Of a stretch of 64,000 nucleotides of DNA, positions 10,836 to 23,545 are shown in pieces. The notes beneath the pieces were generated by a model. It was not told the origin of the DNA. It did not search any database and saw only the letters and a program-made list of their open reading frames with translations. The stretch is from Macrostomum lignano (taxonomy: Eukaryota), in the NCBI GenBank assembly GCA_002269645.1, contig NIVC01003994.1, positions 2,039-66,038 of the forward strand, in the 5' to 3' direction. Both the position numbers and the translations under genes were made by a program. The first letter of the stretch is position 1; each line of letters opens with the position of its first letter.

Positions 10836-13800
10836 ATGGAGTCGATGTACAACAGCTTCAAGGAGTGGCACGACCGGACCATGTCCCTCGGAGACCCCCG
10901 GCTCGACGGCTGGTTCCTGATGGACTCGCCCGTGCCTTCAACGCTGCTGTCGATTCTCTACGTCGTGCTGGTGCTAGCTGGTATGCGCTGGATGAAGGGT
11001 CGGGCTCCCTTTGACCTCCGGCCGCTCATGGTGGTGTACAACCTGTCCATGGTGGTGTTCTCCGCTTGGCTGGTGTACGAGTTCTGCGTGTCCGGATGGC
11101 TGGCCGGCTACAGTCTGGGCTGTCAACCAGTTGACTTCAGCCGGTCGCCGAAAGCAATCCGCATGGCCAAGACTTGCTGGTGGTTTTATTTCAGCAAGTT
11201 CATCGAGATGTTAGACACGTTCTTCTTTGTACTTCGAGGCCGATTCGAACTTGTGACGTTTCTGCACGTTTTTCACCACGCGGTGCTGCCCCCTGCCTGG
11301 TGGTGGGGCGTCAAGTTTGTTCCAGGTGAGACTTTGAGTAAAACTTTCGCTTTTGAAAACTTATTTACGCTACATATCGGCTCCAACTAATTTTTGGTAT
11401 TAATCTAATAACCTCCAAAAGTGATAGTGATACGATTTTTGCCCTTGAACTCTGTTCTCAAAAAGTGTGTGCCAGCAAGTTGATGAGTGGTCTGATTGCT
11501 AATTGTAAGTTCTTCCTCCTCTCTCTTATCAGTTGGGTTTCCTTTCCTCTGTCTATAAAGAAATTGCTTGTGTCACACTTGGCAGCAGTTTTTTAAACAA
11601 ACCGAAGATATGTCCAGATCTGGTTGGGCGACAGGACAGGCTGACAGGAGACAGACAGCAGGCGATTCTCTAATCATTTGTTTGTGAAGTTGATTGATAA
11701 CCCAGGCTGACTAAATAAAGAGAGAATTTCTATTTAGCCACTGCCACAGTCGGCCATAGACAATAAAGCCATAGACAATAGACTATGGACATAGACAAAA
11801 GACCATAGACAATTTCAAAGTTAGAAATCGTTTTCGTTTAGTGCTGAAAACAAATCTGGAACTTTCTATTTTGTTAATAAAATTTGCAGTGACCTTCATT
11901 TGCCCATTACTCTGCTTTTCTGTTGGAATTTCAGAAGCGCAGACGTAAAACCAGTTTTTTTAGTCGAATTGGCTTGGCAAGAGCGGAGAGGTCGAACTCT
12001 AGAAATGCGAAACTCATCGTTTCTATTGTTCGAACTAGTTAGTTTCTTCTCCAAGAGTTTTTTGTTTCATTTTTCTTATTCAGCTCAGTCGTCTTTCTCT
12101 CCTCTCTGTCTTCTTATTTGCACTGTTTTCGGTTTGTTCACAAGCGCTTCAAGTTTTATGTGAGCGTCTGTAGAATTCTTAGAATTTTAACGTTCGCTCG
12201 TATAGTTACACAAGCCCAATAGTTTAAATCGCAGTGAAATTTGTTATAAATCTATCGCAATTAAATCTATCGTAAAAAACCTTATTTCTAACAAATATTT
12301 ATATTAAATCAACGGAAGTAAGCGTAAAATGCAAACGTTGAATTAACTCCAAAAACAGCGCCAGAGTTTCCATTCCGATCTTCTTCAAACAAAGATAAAA
12401 TTATAGTTTAAAGCAAGCTGAACAAATGAACGCGTTAATATTGTTAAGAGACGTTTTTTGTAATATCTAGCTCTCCAGTTCTGGGGGGCCCTGAGTGCAC
12501 ACACCACCCCCGTCGCTTGTCCAACTGGAATTCTCTTGCCCCAGCGCGCCCAGAACTCGCTATTGTTTCAATTTGTCAATTTGTTTGAAATTTGCGCTCA
12601 CTCGCTTGCGTGCCCGCCAGCCTGCCCGGCCCCGCCCGGTGTGACAACTCGCAGGCAGTCATGGACGATTCAAGCTGGCCATCTGGATTGGAAATTGAGC
12701 GCTGATCATAGCAGGTGTTTTTTCTTCACAGTATGCTAATTTTTAGAAAATGAGCACTGCTCATCTTGATGCAACCAGCCCGACCCTGGGCTCAACGTAA
12801 GCATTGTGATTCATAAATAGATGTCACAGAGGAATTATTTACCTTGCGTAGCAACAAGCAGTAACCGAGCAAAACACTTTATGTCCAGATCTGGTTGGGC
12901 GACAGATCTGGTTGGGCTGGGCTGGCTGGAGACAGACAGGAGGCGATTCTTTAATCATTTGTTTGTGAAGTTGATTGATAACCCAAGCTAACAATGTAAA
13001 GAGAATTTCTATTTAGCCACTGCCACAGTAGTCGGCCATAGACAATAAAGCCATAGACAATCGACTATGCACATAGACAAAAGACCATAGACAAAAAAGT
13101 CAATCAAGATCAAGCGACAGCTCGTAAGCTGTGCTCTCCCACAAAAGGCAAGCCAAGCCAGCTGTAAAAGGGCCCTGTTCTCAGGTTAAAATAATATCAA
13201 GCAGAGAATTACAAAGCCATTCTGCTCATCTTGGTGCAACCAGCCCGACCCTGGGCGCAACATAAACATTGTGATTCATAAATAGATGTCACAGGGGAAT
13301 TATTTACCTTGGTTAGCAATAATCAGTAACTAAGCAAACGCGTTATCACCTCTCCATTTTAAAACCAGGTGGTTTCGGAAGCTTCGCAGCCATGCTGAAC
13401 TCTGTGGTGCACACGGTGATGTACCTGTACTATGGCCTGGCCGCCATGGGCCCCAGCGTGCAGCCCTACCTGTGGTGGAAGCGGTACCTCACCAAATTCC
13501 AGATGGTGCAATTCGTCACCATGGTGGTGCACGGAATGCAGCTGTACTTTATCGAGTGCAACTATCCGAAGGCGTTTGCCAACGCTATCATGTGCTTCGC
13601 TTGCATCTTCTTTGTGCTGTTTGCCAACTTCTATATTCAGGTGAGTCGGTTGAAGTGCTTTTTGCGTTCAACAACTTAATGCTGACAAATTGGCTTTAGC
13701 TAGTAACTAGCAATCTATAGTGCGGCCCAGGGGCGTAGCCAGAAGGGGGGCAAGGGGGCCGCGGCCCCCCCCCCAATCACCAACTCTGGCCTTTGGCGCC

Positions 13801-16573
13801 CCCCCCCCAGAACTGCGCTTTGTCGCCCATTTGAAAATGCTGCCGCTTTTCTGGCGCCCCCCATAAATAAACTGCTCCCCCCTAAAAAAACTGCCCCCCC
13901 CTATAAGAAACTGGCGCCCCCCCCCCCTATAGAAACTGGCGCCCCCCCTAAAAGAAACTGGCGCCCCCCCCCCCTATAGAAACTGGCGCCCCCCCCCTAT
14001 AGAAACTGGCGCCCCCCCCCTATAAGAAACCGCCGCCCCCCTATAGAAACTGGCGCCCCCCCCCCTATAAGAAACCGCCGCCCCCCCTATAAGAAACTGG
14101 CGCCCCCCCCCCCTATAGAAACTGGCGCCCCCCTAAAAGAAACTGGCGCCCCCCCCCTATAGAAACTGGCGCCCCCCCCCCCTATAAGAAACCGCCGCCC
14201 CCCCTATAGAAACTGGCGCCCCCCCCCTATAAGAAACCGCCGCCCCCCCTATAGAAACTGGCGCCCCCCCCTATAAGAAACCGCCGCCCCCCTATAAGAA
14301 ACTGGCGCCCCCCCCCCCTATAGAAACTGGCGCCCCCCCTAAAAGAAACTGGCGCCCCCCTAAAAGAAACTGGCGCCCCCCCCTATAGAAACTGGCGCCC
14401 CCCCTAAAAGAAACTGGCGCCCCCCCCCTATAAGAAACCGCCGCCCCCCTATAGAAACTGGCGCCCCCCTAAAAGAAACTGGCGCCCCCCCCCCTATAAG
14501 AAACCGCCGCCCCCCCTATAGAAACTGGCGCCCCCCTAAAAGAAACTGGCGCCCCCCTTTATAAGAAACTGGCGCCCCCTAACTCACGCCCCCCTCCCAA
14601 TCAATATTCCTGGCTACGCCCCTGATAGTGCCCCCATTCAGTACGCCCAATAATCAAAGAGCAAAAATTATTCATGTAAATCAATTAAAAAAGCACATTT
14701 CCTTAAGAACCGATTCCTTCTTCAGTTTTATAAATCACCTTATTCGAATAAACTTGTCACGGGCAAAGATGTTTGCTATGAATCTCTGTTTTCTATGAGT
14801 AACAAAGGAAATAAGGATAACCGAAATTCCACCCTAAATAGAAAACATCCCCAAGACAGCAAGCATCCCCAGATAGCAAGCATCCCCAAGACAGCAAGCA
14901 TCCCCCCAGATGGCAAGTACACCCCCAAATACAATAGCAAGCACACCCCAAATACAATAGCAAGCACACCTCCAAATACAATAGCAAGCACACCTCCAAA
15001 TACAATAGCAAGCACACCTCCAAATACAATAGCAAGCACACCCCAAATACAATAGCAAGCACACCTCCAAATACAATAGCAAGCACACCCCCAAATACAA
15101 TAGCAAGCACACCCCCAAATACAATAGCAAGCACACCTCCAAATACAATAGCAAGCACACCTCCAAATACAATAGCAAGCACACCCCCAAATACATTAGC
15201 AAGCACACCCCCAAATACAATAGCAAGCACACCTCCAAATACAATAGCAAGCACACCTCCAAATACAATAGCAAGCACACCCCCAAATACAATAGCAAGC
15301 ACACCCCCAAATACAATAGCAAGCACACCCCAAATACAATAGCAAGCACACCTCCAAATACAATAGCAAGCACACCTCCAAATACAATAGCAAGCACACC
15401 TCCAAATACAATAGCAAGCACACCTCCAAATACAATAGCAAGCACACCTCCAAATACAATAGCAAGCACACCTCCAAATACAATAGCAAGCACACCCCCA
15501 AATACAATAGCAAGCACACCTCCAAATACAATAGCAAGCACACCTCCAAATACAATAGCAAGCACACCTCCAAATACAATAGCAAGCACACCCCCAAATA
15601 CAATAGCAAGCACACCCCCAAATACAATAGCAAGCACACCCCCAAATATAATAGCAAGCACACCCCCAAATACAATAAATAGCAAGCACACCCCCAAATA
15701 CAATAGCAAGCACACCCCCAAATGCATTAGCAAGCACACCCCCAAATACAATAGCAAGCACACCCCCAAATATAATAGCAAGCACACCCCCAAATATAAT
15801 AGCAAGCACACCCCCAAATACAATAAATAGCAAGCACACCCCCAAATACAATAGCAAGCACACCTCCAAATACAATAGCAAGCACACCCCCAAATACAAT
15901 AGCAAGCACACCCCCAAATACAATAGCAAGCACCCCCCAAATACAATAGCAAGCACACCCCCAAATATAATAGCAAGCACACCCCCAAATACAATAAATA
16001 GCAAGCACACCCCCAAATACAATAGCAAGCACACCCCCAAATACAATAGCAAGCACACCCCCAAATACAATAAATAGCAAGCACACCCCCAAATACATTA
16101 GCAAGCACACCCCAAATACATTAGCAAGCACACCCCCAAATACATTAGCAAGCACACCCCCAAATATCGTGCGATTCGCAGAGTTTGAGGCCGTTGAGGG
16201 CCAATCCCCCATGGCACAGAGGAGTGCTCAGTGCATGTACAGGAGTCACCGGAATAAACAGAATTCTTATCCTACGCATCGTGTCTGTTTGTCTCAGCTG
16301 ACTCTCAATTTCAGTCTAGGCTCATCTATGTCACTTTCTTTGCTTCTGGACCTTCTCAGAATCCGGTACCTGTCCCCCCCCCAACTCCCGCAGTCCTACC
16401 TCAAGCGCTCCGGTAGGCGAGGTGCCAAAACGCAGGAGGCCAATGGACACAAGTCTGCCGTTCCGGTTGCCAATGGTAACGGCAAGAGCAACGGGCTGGC
16501 GAGTCACCACGAGAATGGCAACAGCAGCAGCAACGGCTACCACGGGGTGAAGCGGAGTCGCAAAGCCGATTAA
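10836..16573 (+). CDS. Very-long-chain fatty acid elongase, ELOVL1/7-like, copy 1 (313 aa)
   Basis: join(10836..11325,13369..13640,16394..16573), GT-AG, phases 1 and 0. ELO motifs SKFIEMLDT, His box LHVFHH, NSVVHTVMYLYY, TKFQMVQ; basic C-terminus KRSRKAD. Confidence 0.93.
11619..13095. repeat. Two dispersed duplications inside ELOVL copy 1 intron 1
   Basis: ~210-bp segment starting TATGTCCAGATCTGGTTGGGCGACAG at ~11619-11812 and ~12881-13095. A second ~110-bp segment (GCTCATCTTG..CAACCAGCCCGACCCTGGG) at ~12760-12870 and ~13223-13335. Confidence 0.85.
13728..14624. mobile_element. hAT-like MITE with 15-bp TIRs and internal GC-rich tandem array
   Basis: CAGGGGCGTAGCCAG at 13728-13742 and its reverse complement CTGGCTACGCCCCTG at 14610-14624. 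Interior ~13850-14580 is an array of (T)ATAGAAACTGGCGCCCCCCC units. No exact adjacent 8-bp TSD. Confidence 0.75.
14845..16165. repeat. 24-bp minisatellite AAATACAATAGCAAGCACACC(T/C)CC in ELOVL copy 1 intron 2
   Basis: Direct inspection, ~54 copies. Confidence 0.97.
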
Positions 16574-18164
16574 AACAAAAGAAGATAATTTAAAAAACGC
16601 TGCAAAATCTGTTTTGTTGAGTGTTTTGTTTAGATGGGAAACTCAAGTAGAAGGACGTTTGAACTTGTTGAAAATCTTGCAAGATATCATTGCCGCGCGC
16701 GTCCTTCTACTTTAAAAAGTTGACCATGTTTTTCATTTATCAATTTTTACTTTGGTTAATTAATATCTTACTGAAGTACTTTAGCAAGTTTTGTTGGAAA
16801 ATATTTAATATTAGACTAATTTCTTGCGTGTATTAGGAGACCTGTTAAATACGTTACCTGGACAAGAATCAATTAAAAAGTCGTTGTAAACAACTCTCTA
16901 GTGACTCTACCGTTGTCCAAAAATCGTTGTGTTAACGCCTAACTTTTGCTAGAGATGCGATTTGAATTCATCAAGCGATGCAAATGTACAAGTGTACAAT
17001 AGAATGCTTCAAAGTGACTCTTGGGTGACTATTTGACGACATTTTGGCGACTTGTACCGGGATATCTCGTCGTTTAGAGCTGTTTAGAGTCACTTATTTC
17101 CTATTTACGCTCGTACCTGTGTCTTCTGAAACGACTTTTGGATGCTTCTTTGCCTGGGTACCGTTTTTATCGGGAGAGTTACCCTAAATTACGAGTATAT
17201 TAGCAATAACTGTTATATTATCGGGTTTGCTGGTTTTCCTCAAATGCATATTTGGTTTCTTACCTTGTCATGATCAGCGAACAAATTTTGGCCCAAATGA
17301 TTAGTTATACATGTAAACTGACCGAGTCACTGTGCCACTGTCACAGCCAGTGCCCTAAGTGCCTGTTGCCGTATTAGTAACATGAGCCCCACCTCCCTCC
17401 ACTTTCTCACGGCTGATTGCATATCCTAGACAGGAATTTCAGTTCAATTGCGCATTCTCAGCTTTCAGTAATTAAAATTTAAGGTTCGTCGCTTTTTATC
17501 AATAAATAGAAAATTACAGCGGCCTCCGTTTGGTGCAGTTTTGTTTTGAATTGATCAAACCAGCTTGTATATGAGCTCTTCTTGTTTAGCAGAACGTGCT
17601 GTTCAAGCTACTTTCAGTAGGCATGACTTGTTGAAAATACATGCTATTAAATACCTACCAAATCTCTGCAGACTTAGATATTTCTACTAAACTGTTTCCA
17701 GGGCCCTACAATAAGAGAGCTACAGTACACTAGAGAGAGCTACAGGGCTTTTAGCTGCCCACCTTTCTTCCATTGCTCAGGTGGCACCATACCTGTACCT
17801 ATACTGCAGGTGCACGCTCTGGAAACGTGCCAATTGCAGAGCACAAAGGGCCCTGCACACTGCTCTCGCGAACGACCTCTGAGATAGTCGCGCGCGGCTA
17901 TCTACTAAGCTGTAGAATCAGCCTCTGCACTCTCATAATTGAGCAATAAGCTGAGAATAGCTAGGACAGAATGCTCCGCTGTCGTAAAAAGATTCTGTTG
18001 CTTAATTATAGCCACGATCGTATTTAAAGTAGTCGAGCCATTTTTTAATGAAATGGCCTTATCTGGATGAGAAAGCTAGCTGGCTTCATCTTAAATGTGT
18101 AGTGTCATAATTGCAAATCAGTTTTACGTAATTAGAAGCGCCCAGCTTTATTGCAATAATGTAC

Positions 18165-18565
18165 TCAGATTAATCAAATACAGACACTCACCTTCATCAA
18201 ATACACTCAGCTTCATCAAATACAGACACTCAGCTTCATCAGATACAGACACTCAGCTTCATCAAATACAGACACTCAGCTTCATCAAATACAGACAATC
18301 AGCTTCATCAAATACAGACACCCAGCTTCATCAAATACAGACACTCAGCTTCATCAAATACAGAAACCCAGCTTCATCAAATACAGACACTCAGCTTCAT
18401 CAAATACAGACACTCAGCTTCATCAAATACAGACACTCAGCTTCATCAAACACAGACACTCAGCTTCATCAAATACAGACACTCAGCTTCATCAAATACA
18501 GACACTCAGCTTCATCAAATACAGACACTCAGCTTCATAAAATACAGACACTCAGCTTCATCAAT
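18165..18565. repeat. 23-bp minisatellite CAGCTTCATCAAATACAGACACT
   Basis: Direct inspection, ~17 copies, intergenic. Confidence 0.95.
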
Positions 18566-19187
18566 TACACTTTACAGGCGCCAAATCAATGAAATTAACT
18601 CAGTTTTATTAACAATGTTACCTGCACCATTCTTCCCGACTCAAAAAGAATTTAACTCCGTCTCAATATTGATTGAAACAGGAACTAAGCTTATAAAATA
18701 AACAAAAACATTCCAATATTGAACTACGAGTATACATGATACATTGTGCAGACTTTTCGCTATCTTTAAAATTTCATTCAAAAATCTTACGATGGGCTGA
18801 TAAGAGTCAAAAGTACACCATGACAACCAGTTAATTAAGCTGTGAACTCTAGCCTACCGTTTGGGGCAGACTATTAGGGTCATTGCGGTCGCACAATAAG
18901 CCCCCTCTGTCCAAACCTCAGTGCTGTACTGTATGCCCCGGCCATAACTCATTCCATTTTTGTTCATTAATTGTACCAATGCCCAATGCTCTGCATGGCT
19001 CACCCCACATCACCTTCACCTCACCCCACCGTGAGCTTGTCTGTACAGGTGAGCTGGACAGTGCTCAGCCTGTGCTCATAACTATATATACTATAGCATC
19101 TGCGGACTCTCTACCGTCTCTTGTCCTCAGCTCATACTGATTCGCTCTGGCAGATTAGGATTAGGACTTTGAGAACTGCTCGTCGCT

Positions 19188-21315
19188 ATGGAGTCGATGT
19201 ACCGCAGCTTGAAGGACTGGCACGACCAGGCCATGTCCCTCGGAGACCCCCGGCTCGACGGCTGGCTCCTGATGGACTCGCCCGTGCCGCCTGCGCTGCT
19301 GTCGATTCTCTACGTCGTGCTGGTGCTGGCTGGTATGCGCTGGATGAAGGGTCGGAATCCATTTGACATCCGACCGCTCATGGTGGTGTACAACCTGTCC
19401 ATGGTGGTGTTCTCCGCTTGGCTGGTGTACGAGTTCTGCGTGTCCGGATGGCTGACCGGCTACAGTCTGGGCTGTCAGCCTGTTGACTTCAGCCGGTCGC
19501 CGAAAGCAATCCGCATGGCCAAGGCGTGCTGGTGGTTCTTCTTCAGCAAGTACATCGAGATGTTAGACACGTTCTTCTTTGTACTTCGAGGCCGATTCGA
19601 ACTTGTGACGTTTCTGCACGTTTTTCACCACGCGGTCGTTCCGCCTTCGGCCTGGTGGGGAGTCAAGTTCGTTCCAGGTGAGATGGAGGAGATATTATAG
19701 TCTATTTTAGTGGCCAAACATGGAGACATGCAGTTGTTAATCCTACCGAATGGCGTTCTCGATTTTCCGTCGCAACGGACGAAACGTCCTCCAACGAGGA
19801 CTTTGATCATTTACATTTTGCACGGTTTTTACGGTTTACAAATTTACCCTTGAGAGTTAGCAGAATCTACAATGCTGCACTCTGAACTTTGGAACCAATG
19901 CAGAAAAAGTTCGAGGCACACTGTGCATGCAAACTTAGCGTACAATATTAAGAAGGGCGTTGAACGCTCTGTCTCCATGCTCAGTGGACCGTCCATTTTT
20001 ATATTATTTTTTTATTAGAGGCAGGGGGTTGCGTGCACCCTGGCGCACTTTAAGCGACATAGGCACACAACCGGCGAGAGGCATTACTGCCCATTCCGCC
20101 GACTCCCCTGAGCAGGCATACAAGCGCGCGGATACGTACGCAGGCACACACTCACACAGGAGTGTACAGCGGCCCTAACTTTATATTATCGTTAGGCATG
20201 TACACTTCACTGCGCCTTGGGGGGTTGGCTCTCAAGGCCGTTAATTGCACGAGCAGAGCCAAGCCGAGATTCCAATTCAGCCCCAAATTAATGTGACTGC
20301 ACTTGGAATCGAGCCTGGGTCGCTGGCACACCAGAGCCTGCGCTAGACCGCTGGGCTACGGCCCCCCGGCCCAGTGGACCGTCCATACAAACGCGTACTT
20401 TAATAGGCCAGTTTTCGTGTTACTTGCATGTACTACTATGCCTTTGTTTGCTAGCTACATCCTGCGATGAACAATAGGTTTTGCGAATTAAATGTAGATT
20501 TGCAGTAATATTTTGGAGCTTTTGCTCCAAAACGCCTTAATTAAAGTAAATAACTAACACATAAGCTACACTACAGATATCACAGTTATCCAAACGAATT
20601 TTGTGTTTATTTTCAGGTGGTTTCAGCACCTTCGCTACTATGCTCAATTCAGTGGTGCATGTTGTAATGTACCTGTACTATGGCCTGGCCGCCATGGGAC
20701 CCAGCGTGCAGCCCTACTTGTGGTGGAAGCGGTACCTCACCAAATTCCAGATGGTGCAATTCGTCACCATAGTTATTCACGGAATGCAGCTGTATTTTAT
20801 CGAATGCGATTATCCTAAGGCTTTTGCCAACGCTATCATGACTTTGGCGTGTATCTTCTTTGTGCTGTTTGCCAACTTCTATATTCAGGTGCGACCATCG
20901 TAATAGATATTTAGCTTTAACACCAGGGGCTTTAGCACCAGGGGCTTTAGCACCAGGGCTTTAGCACCAGGGGCTTTAGCACCAGGGCTTTAGCACCAGG
21001 GCTTTAGCACCAGGGCTTTAGCACCAGGGCTTTAGCACCAGGGCTTTAGCACCAGGGTCTTTAGCACTAGGGGCGCCAGCACTAGGATCGATATTTTATT
21101 TACCTTTGAACGTCAGAATTAGACAAATAAAAAGTTACAAAAACCCCCAAACCACACTGCAGGCCTATCTCAAGCGCTCTGGAGGCAGGCGCTCAGTCCA
21201 GAAGAAGCAGTCTGCTCATCAAACGGTGCTGGTTGCCAATGGTCACAGTAATGGAAGAAATGGAGCCGCTCATAACGGACATCACGAGGCAGCGCATGGT
21301 CGAAAAACCGATTAA
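19188..21315 (+). CDS. ELOVL1/7-like elongase, copy 2 (304 aa)
   Basis: join(19188..19677,20617..20888,21163..21315). Exons 1 and 2 have the same lengths (490, 272 nt) and phases as copy 1; same ELO motifs; C-terminus HGRKTD. Confidence 0.93.
19997..20371 (-). mobile_element. tRNA-derived SINE (~375 bp) with 15-bp TSD
   Basis: Minus-strand head GGCCGGGGGGCCGTAGCCCAGCGGTCTAGCGC with A box TAGCCCAGCGG (20358-20348) and B box GGCTCGATTCC (20315-20305). A-rich tail at 19997-20017. Exact direct repeat CAGTGGACCGTCCAT at 19982-19996 and 20372-20386. Confidence 0.9.
20913..21089. repeat. 14/15-bp minisatellite (G)GGGCTTTAGCACCA, reverse complement of the 6208-6918 unit, in ELOVL copy 2 intron 2
   Basis: Reverse complement of TGGTGCTAAAGCCCC; flanked by GATATTT at 20906-20912 and 21090-21096. 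Confidence 0.92.
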
Positions 21316-21569
21316 AAACGGCCTACTAAAGCGCTTTCGTTACATCAATTCATGTTTTATTGACACATTTAGCAGTACTTGTAAAATTAAAAACGATAAA
21401 AACTTACAATGATAAATTAGCCTTTCCTTTATTTCCTTTATTAATTTTTTCTTCAAAAAACCAAAGCATAAAACTATGCTTAAATGATTACGACTGAAGC
21501 AGTGACTCACAGAAACTAATTACCTTCGATTCCTCGAAAATGTTTGAAGGCGGATTCTATGCGAACAAA

Positions 21570-21714
21570 TCAGCACTCGGTCTCAGGTGTCAGCACTCGG
21601 TCTCAGGTGTCAGCACTCGGTCTCAGGTGTCAGCACTCGGTCTCAGGTGTCAGCACTCGGTCTCAGGTGTCAGCACTCGGTCTCAGGTGTCAGCACTCGG
21701 TCTCAGGTGTCAGC
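21570..21714. repeat. 20-bp minisatellite CAGCACTCGGTCTCAGGTGT x7
   Basis: Perfect copies visible. Confidence 0.97.
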
Positions 21715-21858
21715 AGAGAAAGCAGCGCAGGTCGCCCGAGGCGGCATCGAGGAAGAGGCCCGCCGCTGCCGCCGCCTCCGACGCCCCCGACTGGCAGCGC
21801 AGCGAGTGGGGCGCGAACTCGGGACGTTTCGATGCGACCACCGCATGCAGGAGGCTGC
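21710..21858 (-). other. Possible orphan terminal exon (GSLLHAVVASKRPEFAPHSLRCQ...SGDLRCFLC*)
   Basis: GC-rich island with a strong minus-strand acceptor (TTCTTCTTCTTCACACACAG). Phase-1 join possible to donor CAG|GTATAC at 22264. No complete model; a + strand reading is also open. Confidence 0.3.
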
Positions 21859-22759
21859 CTGTGTGTGAAGAAGAAGAATAAAAAAATATGATATTTGAAA
21901 ATGAGTCTGCTATTCACGCGCAGATATTTTTTGGTGCGAAATCGGAGTTCTTCGATGTGGCGTTTCGTGTTGCTAACTGCATGCTAATCTTTCAAGAATT
22001 GCTTACACCGCGATCGAATGAATCACAAAATCACACAACACACACGACTGATGCACAAAGTGACGAATATGCTAAACAGAAACCAGGAGCAGTCAACCTG
22101 TCAGATTACTGAAATGGTGTGGCTCGTGGGGGGGGGTTGCTGAGATGCTAGGGGCGCTGTGAACGCCAAGGAGCCTTCCTCAGAACCGTGGACCTTATGA
22201 GAGACCTGGTATGTTGCTTTTCTATTTTATCTCCTTTTTGTCATTTGAGCACAGTAAGTATACCTGAGCAAAAGATGTGCCACTGTTTTCGCTCTTCAGT
22301 AACGTCGCTCAGCTCCCGGTCAGACAGAAGTACAGTGTCGCCAAGTACAATGGAATCCGTTTATAATATTTTAATATTGACACTGTTGTGCCTTTAGAAG
22401 CCAGCGGCTTGTGGAGCACTGTGGGGGGGGGGGGTCCGCGGGGTTTTTAGTCATTAAGACTAAACACAGGCTATAAATACTCATAAAGCAACCACCTTTG
22501 GCCCGGCCTTTCTAACTGGTTAGAAACTGGTTGGTTTGTATCAAAACAGGTCTTCTTGATCTTTCAGTCAAGTGACATTCACTTGAACAGCAATCACTTA
22601 TAGCCAGTAGAAAGTTTCAACAGCAAAATAGATGAAAAAGATAGGAGGTTTTCAATATTTTTAGTCCTAAATCAACAACAATAGCTAATTGCCTTTATGA
22701 GCTCTGTAATTGTAAATGAAGCCAATATATGTGTATTTTTCTTAACCGTTACCCTTCAG

Positions 22760-23545
22760 ACAAAAGGTTTCTTTTACAAATTTGTGTCTATGGTAGATAA
22801 TTTGTGTCTTTCGTAGACAGTCTGTCTTTGGTAGACACATTTGTGTCTCAGGTAGAGACTTTGTGTCACCGGTAGACACTTTGTCTCTGATAGACACTTT
22901 GTGTCTATGGTAGACACTGTGTGTCTCTGGCAGACACTTTTGTGTCTCTGGTGTCTCTGTGTCTCTAGTAGAGGCTTTTGTGTCTCTGGAAGAGGCTTTG
23001 TGTCTCAGGTAGAGACTTTGTGTCTCTGGTAGAGACTTTGTGTCTCTCGTAGACAGTCTGTCTTTGGTAGACACATTTGTGTCTTTGGTAGACACATTTT
23101 TGTCTCTGGTAGAGACTTTGTGTCTTTTGTAGAGACTTTTTGTATCTGGTAGAGACTTTGTGTCTTTGATAGAGACTTTGTGTCTCTGGTAGATACTTTG
23201 TATCTCTGGTAGAGACTTTGTGTCTCTGGTAGATACTTTGTATCTCTGGTAGAGACTTTGTGTCTCTGGTAGACACTTTGAGTCTCTGGTAGACACTTTG
23301 TGTCTCTGGTAGACACTTTGTGTCTCTGGTAGACAATTGTGTCTCTGGTAGAGACTTTGCGTCTTTGGTAGAGATTTTGTGTCACCGGTAGACATTTTGT
23401 CTCTGATAGACACTTTGTGTCTATGGTAGACACTGTGTGTCTCTGGCAGACACTTTTGTGTCTCTGGTGTCTCTGTGTCTCTGGAAGAGACTTTGTGTCT
23501 CTGGTAGAGACTTTGTTTCTCTGGTAGAGACTTTGTGTCCATGGT
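22760..23545. repeat. Degenerate ~20-bp minisatellite GAGACTTTGTGTCTCTGGTA
   Basis: Direct inspection; includes a higher-order duplication (~22860-22970 vs ~23380-23490). Confidence 0.9.

Noticed and set aside
17699-17855. Small MITE with CAGGGCCCT termini
   Set aside because: Only 9 bp of a near-palindromic motif and no TSD; insufficient support.
20290-20371. tRNA gene
   Set aside because: A and B boxes are present, but I could not form an acceptor stem or full cloverleaf. It is followed by a body, A-tail and TSD, so it is a SINE head.
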